Shown here piece after piece: positions 1 through 9,821 of a stretch of DNA of 64,000 bases (its first letter is position 1; each line of letters starts with the position of its first letter). The notes beneath the pieces were generated by a model that saw only the letters and a program-made list of their open reading frames with translations, was not told the origin of the DNA and made no database searches. Position numbers and translations under genes: made by a program. Source of the DNA: Dehalococcoidia bacterium (GTDB lineage: Bacteria; Chloroflexota; Dehalococcoidia; Lucifugimonadales; UBA3495); assembly GCA_965205185.1 (NCBI GenBank), contig OZ242043.1, positions 967,682-1,031,681 of the forward strand, written 5' to 3'.

Positions 1-174
1 TATCGCTGGATTATGGGAAACAGTTTGTCAATCATCGTGGTCATCGCCAACCTTGCTTTAAGGATAAGTATCAATCGCCCGGGGCGCCGGAAAAACGCCA
101 ACGCCCTATAGTTTAACGCATACGGGCGGCGATCTACAGTCCAAAATCCGCCAATGCGGGCGCCGGCGCAACGC

Positions 175-894
175 TTATCCCCCCGGCTTGTCGCCCCAGT
201 GCAGGCAAACCGTGCCGAACCCCAAGCGGCGGTAGCCGACCCCGGCCAGCCCGGCATCGCGCAAGATGCCGGCCAACTCCCCGGCGTCGTAAAAGCGGTC
301 TACCGATTGCGGAAGGTAGGTATAGGCGGCGCGGTCGCCGGCGATCAGCTTGCCGATCAGCGGCACCAGCCCGTGGAAATACACCCGGAACAGCCGCGCC
401 TTGATCCCGGTTTCCATCGGCGAAAGCTCCAGCAATGCCACCCGGCCGCCGGGGCGCACCACCCGCGCCATTTCCCCGATGGCCTGCCGCGCATCGGGCA
501 TATTACGCAGGCTGAAACCGGCAGTGGCGCAGGCGAAAGTTCCCGCCGGAAAGGGCAGCGATAACGCATCGCCTACCATCAAGCTGATATTGCCCGCCCG
601 GCGCCCGGGCGCTTTGCTTCGCGCCCGGGCGATCATTTCCGGCAGCAGGTCAAGCCCCACCGTAAGCCCGGCCCCGGGGCGGCGGGCCAGGCGAAAGGCC
701 AAATCGCCGGTGCCGGTGGAAACGTCCAGCGCCGGGCCGGGTAGCGCCTCAGTTGCCAGCGCTGCCGTCCGCGCTTTCCATCCCCGGTGCATCCCCAGCG
801 TCATAACATCGTTCATCAAGTCATAATGGCCGGCGATGCGGGAAAAGAGTTCGGCGACATAACGCTGCCGGGCCGCGCCGGTCAGCGTCGCCAC
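175..894 (-). CDS. ubiE: Demethylmenaquinone/ubiquinone C-methyltransferase (UbiE/MenG family)
   Basis: 239-aa ORF. 'VAELFSRIAGHYDLMNDVMTLGMHRGWK' and the SAM-binding 'LDVSTGTGDLA' are UbiE/MenG signatures. Last gene of the ubiD-ubiA-ubiX operon. Confidence 0.9.
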   Translation of the reverse strand: MATLTGAARQRYVAELFSRIAGHYDLMNDVMTLGMHRGWKARTAALATEALPGPALDVSTGTGDLAFRLARRPGAGLTVGLDLLPEMIARARSKAPGRRAGNISLMVGDALSLPFPAGTFACATAGFSLRNMPDARQAIGEMARVVRPGGRVALLELSPMETGIKARLFRVYFHGLVPLIGKLIAGDRAAYTYLPQSVDRFYDAGELAGILRDAGLAGVGYRRLGFGTVCLHWGDKPGG

Positions 895-1241
895 GGCAGC
901 CGCAGGGGATGCAGGGTGCGGCTGAACGGGTTTAGCAGCAGCCCCATAGTTTCCAGCGTAACCGCGCCTAGCAGCGGTTGGTCATCGCCCGGTTCGCCGA
1001 GGATTACCGGCGTGTAGCCATGCGCCTGCGGCAGGGCCAAATGGCAATAAGACACTTGGCGGTTTACCGACGTGCCATCCGCCAGCACGAACCGCTCCTC
1101 GCGGTATGGCTCCAGCCCTAGAGATCGCCAAGTTTCCGACGGCAGCAGGGAATACGCGACGCCGCTGTCCACCAGAAACTCAAGGGTTTCCTCTTGCCCC
1201 TCATCCCCCTTGACTTGGCCTTGAATATAAGTCAGACCCAT
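882..1241 (-). CDS. Retropepsin-like (clan AA) aspartic protease, about 119 aa
   Basis: 'LEFLVDSGVAYSLLP' (D-S/T-G active-site loop) and C-terminal 'LLGAVTLETMGL', typical of small bacterial retropepsin-like proteins. Its ATG overlaps the ubiX stop (ATGA) and its 3' end overlaps the ubiE start by 13 nt. Confidence 0.7.
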   Translation of the reverse strand: MGLTYIQGQVKGDEGQEETLEFLVDSGVAYSLLPSETWRSLGLEPYREERFVLADGTSVNRQVSYCHLALPQAHGYTPVILGEPGDDQPLLGAVTLETMGLLLNPFSRTLHPLRLPWRR

Positions 1242-1831
1242 CAGATGCTCCCTCCGGTATACTGCATATCCTCCGGCAGCTCCCGGTCAATGCCCAGGGC
1301 CACCAATACTTTGCCCACTATATACTTTACTACATCGTCCAACGTAGCGGGCTTCAGGTAAAAGGCCGGATCCGGGGGCAGGATCACGGCGCCCATACGG
1401 CTCAAGGTGAGCATATTTTCCAGATGGATGCTATGCAGCGGCGTTTCCCGCGGCACTAGCGCCAGCGGGCGGCGTTCTTTCAGACAGACGTCGGCGGCCC
1501 GCAGCAACAGGTTGCCGGAGATCCCCGCCGCCAGCGATGCGATGCTGTTCATGCTGGCCGGCACCAGCGCCATCCCCGCCGCCGGATAGGAGCCGCTGGC
1601 GATGGGCGCCCGCAAATCATTGACTGCGTAATGCGTAAACGCCGGGTGTTCCTGCCACTCCACTAGCGTTTCGTTGAACGAACCGCCCAATTCCTCCAGC
1701 CACACCATCCGGGCGGCGTTGGAGCAGATCACGGCGGTCGGCAAATCCCGCCGCAGCAGTTCGTCCACCATCGCCCGCGCCAGCATCGCCCCGCTGGCCC
1801 CGGTGATGCCCACGATTACCGGCCCCGCCAT
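1241..1831 (-). CDS. ubiX: Flavin prenyltransferase UbiX
   Basis: 196 aa. N-terminal 'VIVGITGASGAMLA', 'LVPASMNSIASLAAGISGNLL' and 'ERRPLALVPRETPL' match the UbiX/Pad1 family. Confidence 0.9.
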   Translation of the reverse strand: MAGPVIVGITGASGAMLARAMVDELLRRDLPTAVICSNAARMVWLEELGGSFNETLVEWQEHPAFTHYAVNDLRAPIASGSYPAAGMALVPASMNSIASLAAGISGNLLLRAADVCLKERRPLALVPRETPLHSIHLENMLTLSRMGAVILPPDPAFYLKPATLDDVVKYIVGKVLVALGIDRELPEDMQYTGGSI

Positions 1832-2724
1832 TACAGCGCCACCGCCAAGATGGTGAAACCCAACAGCGACACCGATATAACGCTGTTGTACTGGAATAGC
1901 GGCGAGCGCAGCTTGGACAAATCATCCGCCTTTACCAGACTATTCTCCAGTGCCAGCAACAGCGTGGCGATGCCCCATCCCGCCAGATAGAACGCCCCCA
2001 GATCCATCCATAGCCCCACTGCCAGCAGCGCGGCGGCGGCTAGCAAGTGCATCCCCCGCGCCGTCCATAACGCCGCCCCGATGCCGAACCGCTTGGCTAG
2101 AGAGTTCGTGCCATATTCCCGGTCAAAGTCATAATCGGCGCACCCGTAGATTACATCGAACCCGCCGGCCCACATCGCCACGGCGAAAGACAGTAGCATC
2201 GGCTCCGGGTCCAGCCGCCCGGTGACGGCGATCCAGGCGGCCGACGGCGATATCGCCAGGGCCCAACCCAAGAAAAAGTGGCAGCCCCAAGTGACGTACT
2301 TGGTGAAAGAGTAAAACACGACATAAAGCGCGGCAACCGGCGCCAGCATCAGCGCCAGCGGGTTCAACTGCGACGCCGCGTAGAAAAACACCCCCGCCCC
2401 AAACACGGCAAGGCCAACGACTTCCGCCGGGCGCAACAACCCCGCGGGCAGATGACGCCCCCGGGTGCGCGGGTTGGCGGCATCCTCCTTGCGATGGATC
2501 AAGCGGTTGGCGGACATCCCCAAAGTCCGCACGCCGGTCAGCGCTACAGTGATCCAGATGAACACCCCCCAGCCCGGCCAGCCGCTACCCCCCGATGCCG
2601 CCGACGCCAGGATCATCCCGATATAGCAGAAAGGCAGGGCGTACAGCGATTCCCAAATACGCACCGCCCCCAGATAGCGGGGCAGCTTTACCAGCGGGGC
2701 GCGAATGGCGTTTGCGGCCTGCAT
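1831..2724 (-). CDS. UbiA-family aromatic prenyltransferase (polyprenyltransferase)
   Basis: 297-aa polytopic membrane protein. Asp-rich 'CADYDFDREYG' motif plus operon context with ubiD/ubiX. Its TAA stop overlaps the ubiX ATG (TAATG). Confidence 0.85.
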   Translation of the reverse strand: MQAANAIRAPLVKLPRYLGAVRIWESLYALPFCYIGMILASAASGGSGWPGWGVFIWITVALTGVRTLGMSANRLIHRKEDAANPRTRGRHLPAGLLRPAEVVGLAVFGAGVFFYAASQLNPLALMLAPVAALYVVFYSFTKYVTWGCHFFLGWALAISPSAAWIAVTGRLDPEPMLLSFAVAMWAGGFDVIYGCADYDFDREYGTNSLAKRFGIGAALWTARGMHLLAAAALLAVGLWMDLGAFYLAGWGIATLLLALENSLVKADDLSKLRSPLFQYNSVISVSLLGFTILAVAL

Positions 2725-2766
2725 TGCGTTTCCGGCGCTATGGAATTATGGCAAGATTGCGGGATT

Positions 2767-4227
2767 TCAGGAAATGCCGTAGCCGGCCCATTTGCGATCA
2801 ACCAGATCCTTGATTTCGGGGCTCATCACCACATCCGGCGGCCATTCCCGGGTGCGCCCCCCTTCCAGCGGCAGCTTGATCGTGGCGTCAATCCCCACCT
2901 TGCTGCCGAACTTGGGCGTCGGCGATGCATGATCCAAATCGTCGATCGGGCCGGTAGTAAACACGAAATCCTGCGCCGGATCCATATTATTCGTCACCCG
3001 CCAAGCCACTTCCGATAGGTTCTGCACATCAACGAAATGGTCAACCGCGATGATGCCCTTGACCAGACTCATCAGCCCCATACCCCAAAGCCCGTGCATC
3101 ACCTTGCGGGCTTGCCCCGGATATTCCTTTTTCAGCGAAACGATAACCAGATTATGAAACACCCCCTCCGCCGGCATATTCATATCGGTCACTTCGGGCA
3201 GGATGGTCTTAATCATCGGCAGGAACATCCTTTCCGTGACCTTTCCCATCCAGTAATCCTCCATCGGGGGGCGCCCGACGATGGTCGCCGGGTAGATCGG
3301 CCGCCGGCGGTGCGTAATGCAGGTTATATGAAACACCGGGTAGTTATCCGGCATCGAATAATACCCGGTATGGTCGCCGAAAGGCCCCTCGGAGCGTTGT
3401 TCGTCCAGGCGGACATACCCCTCCAGCACGATTTCCGCCTCCGCCGGAACCATCAAATCGCTGGTGCGGGCTTTGGCTAGAGCCACCCCCTCCTCCCGCA
3501 GGAAACCGGCGACCACCATTTCGTCCATATCCGGCGGCAGCGGCGCGGAACCCGTCCAGATCGTAGCCGGGTCGCCCCCCAAAGCCACCGCTACATCCAT
3601 ACGGTCCAGCCCCAGCTCCCGCCCGATGCGCTCGTGATGGGCGCCGACCTTATGCGTTTGCCAGTGCATCCCGGTAGTGCGGCGGTCATAAACCTGCATC
3701 CGGTAAGTGCCATAGTTCTGCACCCCGGTTTCCGGGTCGCGGGTAATCACCAGCGGCAGGGTAATATACCGCCCGCCGTCCATCGGCCAGCATTGCAGGA
3801 TAGGAAACCGGAACAAGTCAACATCATCCCCCTGCATTACAACATCTTGGCAGGGCGGATTAGTCACCGTCCGGGGGCGATAAGACGCCAAACTAACCAA
3901 CTGCCCCAAAGTTCGCAGCTTGTTGGCGATACCCTCCGGCGGCCCCTGCGCCAAGTTCAGAACATCCTGCACCCGGCCGGCCACGGCGTCCAAATCCTCC
4001 AGCCCCAGGGCCCAAGCCATACGCCGCGCCGCGCCGAACATATTGATGAACACCGGAATGTCGTAGCCTTGCGGATTCTCAAACAGCAACGCCGGCCCGC
4101 CCGACTTGATCACCCGGTCGGCGATTTCCGTAATCTCCAGCCGCGGGTCGACCGGCGCCGAAATACGGCGCAGATCCCCTTGCCGCTCCAGGAAAGCGAT
4201 ATATTCCCGCAAGTCGCGAAACTTCAT
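2767..4227 (-). CDS. ubiD: UbiD-family (prenylated-FMN dependent) decarboxylase
   Basis: Long ORF 2767..4254. I start it at the ATG at 4227 ('MKFRDLREYIAFLERQGDL', the typical UbiD N-terminus). 'GPFGDHTGYY' is conserved. Confidence 0.9.
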   Translation of the reverse strand: MKFRDLREYIAFLERQGDLRRISAPVDPRLEITEIADRVIKSGGPALLFENPQGYDIPVFINMFGAARRMAWALGLEDLDAVAGRVQDVLNLAQGPPEGIANKLRTLGQLVSLASYRPRTVTNPPCQDVVMQGDDVDLFRFPILQCWPMDGGRYITLPLVITRDPETGVQNYGTYRMQVYDRRTTGMHWQTHKVGAHHERIGRELGLDRMDVAVALGGDPATIWTGSAPLPPDMDEMVVAGFLREEGVALAKARTSDLMVPAEAEIVLEGYVRLDEQRSEGPFGDHTGYYSMPDNYPVFHITCITHRRRPIYPATIVGRPPMEDYWMGKVTERMFLPMIKTILPEVTDMNMPAEGVFHNLVIVSLKKEYPGQARKVMHGLWGMGLMSLVKGIIAVDHFVDVQNLSEVAWRVTNNMDPAQDFVFTTGPIDDLDHASPTPKFGSKVGIDATIKLPLEGGRTREWPPDVVMSPEIKDLVDRKWAGYGIS

Positions 4228-4464
4228 GGCAGGGGCAATCCGGCCTTGCGTCAAGAATGGCGGCCGAAACCGACCGCGGCGATTCTAGCCGGAAAAGGCG
4301 GGAAGTTCAATAATTAGACGCCCAATAGACGCCCCGGCCGCGCATCCGGGGCAAGGGGCGTCAAATCGCGCAACGAGTCCGCCCCTGCCGGACCGGGGGC
4401 TGAAAATAGCCTCTCGCGCCAATCCGGGGGCCGGAGCCGACGGCCCCCGGCAATCCGGCAACGC

Positions 4465-4785
4465 TTAGAAACCCTGAGCCGACGACTCAGCCCGCATACG
4501 GCTGAAGCAGTCGCTGCAATACACCGGCCGGTCGCCCCGGGGGCGGAAAGGCACCGTGGCCTCATTGCCGCACTCGGCGCAAACGATGGGATACATTTCC
4601 CGCGGGCCGTCCTGGTACATCCCGCCGCCGCCCCGCTGTTCCGTCCGGCGCACCGCCCGGCAGCTCCGGCAACGCTTGGGTTCGTTCCCGAACCCCCGAG
4701 CCTGGAAAAATTCCTGTTCCCCGACGGTGAATATGAACTCCGCCCCGCATTCCACGCAAACCAGGGTCCTGTCCGACAACGCCAC
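4465..4785 (-). CDS. Small double zinc-ribbon protein
   Basis: 106 aa with two CxxC...CxxC modules ('CVECGAEF...CRSCR' and 'CAECGNEA...CSDCF'). GGAGG Shine-Dalgarno sits 7 nt upstream. Confidence 0.6.
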   Translation of the reverse strand: MALSDRTLVCVECGAEFIFTVGEQEFFQARGFGNEPKRCRSCRAVRRTEQRGGGGMYQDGPREMYPIVCAECGNEATVPFRPRGDRPVYCSDCFSRMRAESSAQGF

Positions 4786-4855
4786 TGGGGTACCTCCTTA
4801 GCGCCTCCACCAAGCGCATACGCCATCTGCGGCCTATTCCTGCGCTTAAATCATC

Positions 4856-4883
4856 ATTATAACTACAAATATGGGATATGCAA
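4856..4883 (-). promoter_or_regulatory. Sigma70-type promoter for the zinc-ribbon gene
   Basis: On the minus strand: TTGCAT (4883-4878), 16-nt spacer, TATAAT (4861-4856), about 70 nt upstream of the start codon. Confidence 0.5.
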
Positions 4884-5002
4884 CCTAAATTCGGAAAATC
4901 CCTGCAATTTCGCACGATTCCGCAATTTCATCGCCCCAAACTGCCGAAACTGCCGAAATCCGCCCGCATCCGGCAACTTTCCGAAATCCGCCGCCCGCCC
5001 GG

Positions 5003-6163
5003 TCATGCCGGATTTTCCCCATCCCCCCGCACCAGAAAGCAGGATGACGCCTTGAACACCGCCCATAGCGGCTGCCCGGCGCGGATCCCCATTTCCTCCA
5101 GAGACGCCCCGGTCACTTGGCAGCGCAGCATTACCCCGCAATCCAAATCCACCATATACCCCGGCGGACGCGGCGCAACCCCCGCTACCGTCCCGGCGAT
5201 CCGGTTGCGAGCTGACGACCCCGCCGGTTCCTCCAGCGCCAGGATAATATCCGATGCGCGAATCCCCACCGTAACCCATTCCTCCCGGGCGGAGCCGCTT
5301 TCCCCGCCGTCCAGAGGCGCCTCCAGCCGGAACCCGCGGTCCGCCCCCCCGCCCGACAGCCGCATCGTGCCGTCCCGGGGATGGCGCGAATCCACCCGCA
5401 TCCGGAACAGGTTTTCCACCCCCACCAGCCGCGCCACCGCCGCCTGCCCCGGCTGCCCCAGCACATCCACCGGCGCCCCCCGGGCGATGGCGCGCCCCCC
5501 GTCGATCACCTGCGCCTCATCCCCCAGCGACAGCGCTTCCTCCCGGTCATGAGTGACCAGAATCACCGGCGCCGGGCTGTAGCCGGGGCCGGCCCGGGAA
5601 ATATACTGCCGCAGTTCCTGCCGCACCGTGCGCCGCAGCCCAACGTCCAGCGCCGCGAAAGGCTCATCCAGCAGCAGCAGCCGCGGCCGGGTAGCCAGCG
5701 CCCGCGCCAATGCCACCCGTTGCTGCTGCCCCCCCGAAAGCTCCCACGGATACCGCCGCTCCAGCCCCGAAAGCTGGAAACTTTCCAGCAATTCCCCAAT
5801 CCGCCGCCGCGGATCATCCCCGTCCGCTGCCGCCGGGCCGTAGCCCACGTTCTGCGCTACATTCAGATGCGGAAACAGATGATACTGCTGGGTAAGATAC
5901 CCCACCCGCCGCCGGTGCGCCGGCAGCCAGACATTGGCCGCGCTGTCATACACCGCCCGCCCGTCGATTTCCACCCGCCCGGCCGCCGGACGCAGCAATC
6001 CCGCCATCGCCCGCAGCGCCGTAGTTTTCCCCGCCCCCGACGGCCCGAAAAGCACCAGCGCCCGCCCCGGCGCCACCGCCCAATCCAGCCGCAGCTCAAA
6101 CCCGCCGATGCGGCAATGCAGCCATCCCCGGCAGCCGCCAAAATCATCGCCGCCGCCGTTCAC
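5003..6163 (-). CDS. modC: Molybdate ABC transporter ATP-binding protein with C-terminal TOBE domain
   Basis: Walker A 'GPSGAGKT', signature 'LSGGQQQR', Walker B 'LLLLDEPF'. The roughly 130-aa C-terminal extension is typical of ModC. The GTG start overlaps the modB stop (GTGA). Confidence 0.85.
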   Translation of the reverse strand: MNGGGDDFGGCRGWLHCRIGGFELRLDWAVAPGRALVLFGPSGAGKTTALRAMAGLLRPAAGRVEIDGRAVYDSAANVWLPAHRRRVGYLTQQYHLFPHLNVAQNVGYGPAAADGDDPRRRIGELLESFQLSGLERRYPWELSGGQQQRVALARALATRPRLLLLDEPFAALDVGLRRTVRQELRQYISRAGPGYSPAPVILVTHDREEALSLGDEAQVIDGGRAIARGAPVDVLGQPGQAAVARLVGVENLFRMRVDSRHPRDGTMRLSGGGADRGFRLEAPLDGGESGSAREEWVTVGIRASDIILALEEPAGSSARNRIAGTVAGVAPRPPGYMVDLDCGVMLRCQVTGASLEEMGIRAGQPLWAVFKASSCFLVRGDGENPA

Positions 6164-7026
6164 AGCCGCCCGCTCCAGCGCCGCCGCGAGGCGATGGTAA
6201 GCGCGGCCAAAGCCAGCGCCGAAACCGCGAGCAGTAACGCCGACAACGCCAAGGCGCTGTCGATGCTGGTTTCCATCGCCGTCATAATCGCCAAAGGCAT
6301 AGTCTGCGTTTCGCCCATCAAATTCCCGGCGAACATCATCGTCGCCCCGAACTCCGAAAGCGCCCGCGCCCAGGCCAGCCCCAGCCCGGTGATAATCGCC
6401 GGCGCCGCCAGCGGTAGCGTCACCCGCCGGAAAGTCGCCGCCGGCGACATCCCCAAAGTCTGCGAAACCTCCTCGTAATCCCGCCCCACCGATTGGAACC
6501 CCAGCTTGGCCGACCGCACATAAAAGGGCGCGGCGACAAATATCTGCGCGAACACCACCGCCGTAGTGGTAAAGGAAAGATCAATGCCGGCGTCGCGCAA
6601 CAACCCCCCGACGACCCCGCCCCGCCCGAAAGCCATCAGCATCGCCACGCCCGCCACCACCGGCGGCAGCACAATCGGCAGCTCCACCAGCCCATCCACC
6701 ACCCGCGCCAGCCAATGCCCGCTCCGCGCCAGAAAGTAGGCGATCGCCGTGCCGCCGGCCACCACCACCGCCATACTGATCCCGCTGGTAGCCAGCGACA
6801 ACCGCAGCGCCGACAATGCCAAATCGCCGGTAACGGCCCCCCACAAGTCATCCTGCTGCGCCGCCCGCGCCAGCAGCGCAATGATGGGCAAGCCGATAAA
6901 AACCACATAAACCGCCCCCGCCGCCCCGCCCAACACGCCCCCCGGCCCGCCAAACCGGCGCCGCCCCGGCCCCCGGCCAGGACTACCATCCCCGTCCCCA
7001 TTCCCTTGCCGGGAGCTACGGCGCAT
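6160..7026 (-). CDS. modB: Molybdate ABC transporter permease
   Basis: ORF 6160..7113. I chose the ATG at 7026. Multi-TM protein with the EAA-type loop 'ARALSEFGATMMFAGN'. Lies between modA and modC. Confidence 0.8.
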   Translation of the reverse strand: MRRSSRQGNGDGDGSPGRGPGRRRFGGPGGVLGGAAGAVYVVFIGLPIIALLARAAQQDDLWGAVTGDLALSALRLSLATSGISMAVVVAGGTAIAYFLARSGHWLARVVDGLVELPIVLPPVVAGVAMLMAFGRGGVVGGLLRDAGIDLSFTTTAVVFAQIFVAAPFYVRSAKLGFQSVGRDYEEVSQTLGMSPAATFRRVTLPLAAPAIITGLGLAWARALSEFGATMMFAGNLMGETQTMPLAIMTAMETSIDSALALSALLLAVSALALAALTIASRRRWSGRL

Positions 7027-7789
7027 CGAACCCGTAACCGGCCAGGATCGCCTGCGCCGCCGGGGAAAGCGCGAAATCCACGAACCGCCCCGCCAATTCC
7101 GGGTTGGCCGCATCTTTCAACGCGGCAATCGGATAGACCGCCCGCACTTCATCCGCCATCGCCGGAAGCGGCAGCTCCCGCGCCGCGCCTCCGGCCTCAG
7201 CGGTCACCGCGCCGGGGCGGTAAACGATGCCCGCATCGGCCTGCCCCAAAACCACTTTCTGCTCCACGAACTTCACGCTGGTTTCCTCCGACACCGTATT
7301 TGCCAGCACCCGCGCCGCAAAATCCCCCCCAAAACCGGCATCCCCCTGCGAAAGCCGCTCCAGCAGCCGCCGCGCATACTGCCCCGCCGGCACGCTTTCG
7401 TGCGCCAGCACCAGCTTAACCCCCGGCGCCGCCAGCCCTCCGATGCCGTCAATCCCCGCATCGGCGTTGACGATTACCGCCATCGCCGCCGATGCCAAAG
7501 GCAACCCCTTTCCCGCAATCAGCCCCGCATCCTGCGCCAAACCCATCTGCACCGTATCCGCCGAGGCGAACACATCCGCCGCCGCGCCGAACTCCAACTG
7601 CGCCCGGAGCCGCTGGCTGCCCGCGAAATTCAGTTTCACCTCCACCCCCGGATTCCGCAACTCAAACGCCCGCGCCACCTCCCCAAAAGCATCCCCCAAA
7701 GACGCCGCCGCAAACACCGTAACCGCCGCGGCCCCCCCGCCGCCGCTACCCCCGCATCCCGCCGCGCCGCACAGGATGATTGCGGCCAA
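7016..7789 (-). CDS. modA: Molybdate-binding periplasmic protein (lipoprotein)
   Basis: Lipobox 'LCGAAGCGG', then 'VFAAASL...F', 'KLNFAGS' and 'DVFASAD', typical of ModA. The true start may lie a few codons upstream, because the in-frame upstream sequence reads 'KRGIFSIL'. Confidence 0.8.
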   Translation of the reverse strand: MAAIILCGAAGCGGSGGGGAAAVTVFAAASLGDAFGEVARAFELRNPGVEVKLNFAGSQRLRAQLEFGAAADVFASADTVQMGLAQDAGLIAGKGLPLASAAMAVIVNADAGIDGIGGLAAPGVKLVLAHESVPAGQYARRLLERLSQGDAGFGGDFAARVLANTVSEETSVKFVEQKVVLGQADAGIVYRPGAVTAEAGGAARELPLPAMADEVRAVYPIAALKDAANPELAGRFVDFALSPAAQAILAGYGFDAP

Positions 7790-7963
7790 AATCGAAAATA
7801 TGCCCCGCTTGATATTGCCCCGAAACCTTGATTCAGTCAGACCGTTCCCCTTATTTCCTTGATTTCCATACCGGCCTGACGACCGGCGCGTTGCAGAGTA
7901 TACTAGCTTGCTTGACGGATATGCTATGCTTGACCAGAAAACTTGGGTTTTGGAGTATGCGGT

Positions 7964-8842
7964 ATGCCAAATTTTGACCCATTTGAGCGGCTGGTAAGGT
8001 ACGCGATGGTATCACGGAAAGATGAATTGGGCAAATTCAAGCCGCAATTTGCCGCTATCAATTCAGAGAATCGTCCTCAAAATTTCAAGAATATGAGTGA
8101 CAGTCAATTTCTTAGCTGGCTGGATTTTGCGCACCAGTACCTGCGAAATCAGTATGGCAATAATGTCAATTTCGTCACTTCAGACGCGAACAAATTTGGC
8201 TCGGATATTGAAATACCTGCCACAGGTATCCAAATCGAACTGAAAACAGGGTTAGTTACTAACGCCAATCTTGGCGTTGGCACGATTGCTTGGGCTATGG
8301 GAGACGAAAAAAGTAACGAGTTGAAAGAAATTGTAAATGGGAAAGAAATGACGAAGCGACATCAGCTATATGTTGCTGGCAAATTCGACGATATAAAAGA
8401 ATCTCAAGAGAGAGCTATGTCTGATCTATTAGCATATTTTCGCTCAAGAGTCACAGAAAAAGCTGACGCTCCACATAAATTGGAACATTTATCCAAATGC
8501 GTTGCCCGCGGAATTACAACGTTAAGTGAGTTCAAAAAACTGCTTAACATCAAAGAAAGCGATTGGAATTCCCCAGTCATTTTGCATACCAGTTTGGAAA
8601 GAGGTTGGGATATTGTATCTCGCGTTTTTCAGACGGATGAAAACCTGTTTATAGATAGGATTTTTCGTTCAGACCAATCCCAGGCAATCCCCCGCGCTCA
8701 AGTCCAGATCAAAGGTAAAAAGTCAAACATAACAGCAAGGATTTATCCTAATTACAAAAATTCACACTCACGCAACGGCATAAGAATTCCCGCAGAAAAT
8801 TGGGTTAAGAACCCATGTTTCCACGTCTGGATTTACGATTAG
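7964..8842 (+). CDS. Putative type II restriction endonuclease (PD-(D/E)xK-like)
   Basis: Low-GC ORF convergent with the adjacent N6-methyltransferase and overlapping it by 4 nt. Candidate catalytic motif 'GSDIEIPATGIQIELK' (D...E-x-K). No family recognised by eye. Confidence 0.5.
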   Translation: MPNFDPFERLVRYAMVSRKDELGKFKPQFAAINSENRPQNFKNMSDSQFLSWLDFAHQYLRNQYGNNVNFVTSDANKFGSDIEIPATGIQIELKTGLVTNANLGVGTIAWAMGDEKSNELKEIVNGKEMTKRHQLYVAGKFDDIKESQERAMSDLLAYFRSRVTEKADAPHKLEHLSKCVARGITTLSEFKKLLNIKESDWNSPVILHTSLERGWDIVSRVFQTDENLFIDRIFRSDQSQAIPRAQVQIKGKKSNITARIYPNYKNSHSRNGIRIPAENWVKNPCFHVWIYD

Positions 8843-9708
8843 GTTTTTATCGGAAGCGATAACACCCCGTAACGTCGGATATACTCCTCGACCAAATCCC
8901 CTTTGCGAAAACCGGGAGTGCTGGTAGTGTTTTGGATAGCGAGGGCCGCGTAATCAATTTCGTCGCGCAATCGTTTGAGAACAGTTTTGTTCCTGGCTTT
9001 AAGCAGCATCCACTGCTTATGCTTTTCGCAGTTATTCGCGTCGGTTTCCCTACGGGTATAGTTTTGCCATCCTTGACAAGGTACGGCGAAGTCAAACTCA
9101 TTATCAAAAACTTTGAGCGCTTCTTTCGTGTTGTTGTACTGCCACAGATCGAAGTCATAATGCCTGATCGACGGCGGGGTAAACAGCCGATTATTGGCGT
9201 GTCCGCTGTCTTTTTTGGTCCAGACCTGGAACTCCGTATTTACTGAATACAGCTTTCCATTAGGGGTTTGGAACGAATCGCGAGGCAGGGGCAATGCGTA
9301 TATTAACTTGAAATCCGCCGGCAGTTGTTTGTGAATAAAATACTTCCTGAAAATTATCGGCAATATGAAAGCGATAGTATCCGCAAATCCTGCGGCTTTG
9401 ATAAAGAAATTCACTGCCATTTTCCCCCGCTTGCCAAAAGGGGGATTGCCTACTATTACAGTCGTCTCCGCCGGGTTGGGGCAGTCGTAATCGCCGCATA
9501 GAAAATCGAAATTCGCTACTTCGCAATGCCGCGGCTCTATATCGAAACCGGCTCGCCGGCCTTGGGGCAGCAAGTCATAAAAAGCCCCATCCCCGGCGGA
9601 CGGTTCGATAAAGAATGTATCATCCCCCAGTCCCAAATCCCGCATCACGGGAACGAGGCTGTCCCAGCATTGAGCCGCTACCGGCCGCTGTGTATAGAAC
9701 TCATCCAT
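8839..9708 (-). CDS. Gamma-class N6-adenine DNA methyltransferase (type II R-M M subunit)
   Basis: Motif I 'FIEPSAGDGAF' precedes motif IV 'VIVGNPPFG' (NPPF). Low GC like its partner gene. The ATG at 9708 is preferred over the TTG at 9768. Confidence 0.8.
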   Translation of the reverse strand: MDEFYTQRPVAAQCWDSLVPVMRDLGLGDDTFFIEPSAGDGAFYDLLPQGRRAGFDIEPRHCEVANFDFLCGDYDCPNPAETTVIVGNPPFGKRGKMAVNFFIKAAGFADTIAFILPIIFRKYFIHKQLPADFKLIYALPLPRDSFQTPNGKLYSVNTEFQVWTKKDSGHANNRLFTPPSIRHYDFDLWQYNNTKEALKVFDNEFDFAVPCQGWQNYTRRETDANNCEKHKQWMLLKARNKTVLKRLRDEIDYAALAIQNTTSTPGFRKGDLVEEYIRRYGVLSLPIKT

Positions 9709-9821
9709 TGGAAATTGCCTTGACCTCGAGATGCCACGTATTATGCAGGATTGCCAAAAAACCTTCAAAGGCCAAGTGTCACCAAATTCGGCGGATTCGC
9801 AAGAATCTTGAACTGCCGCCC

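Noticed and set aside
7790-7942. Possible molybdenum-cofactor riboswitch upstream of modA
   Set aside because: I could not find the conserved Moco-motif core sequences or helices by eye. The region is also partly the boundary of the low-GC R-M insertion. A covariance-model (Rfam) scan is needed to be decisive.
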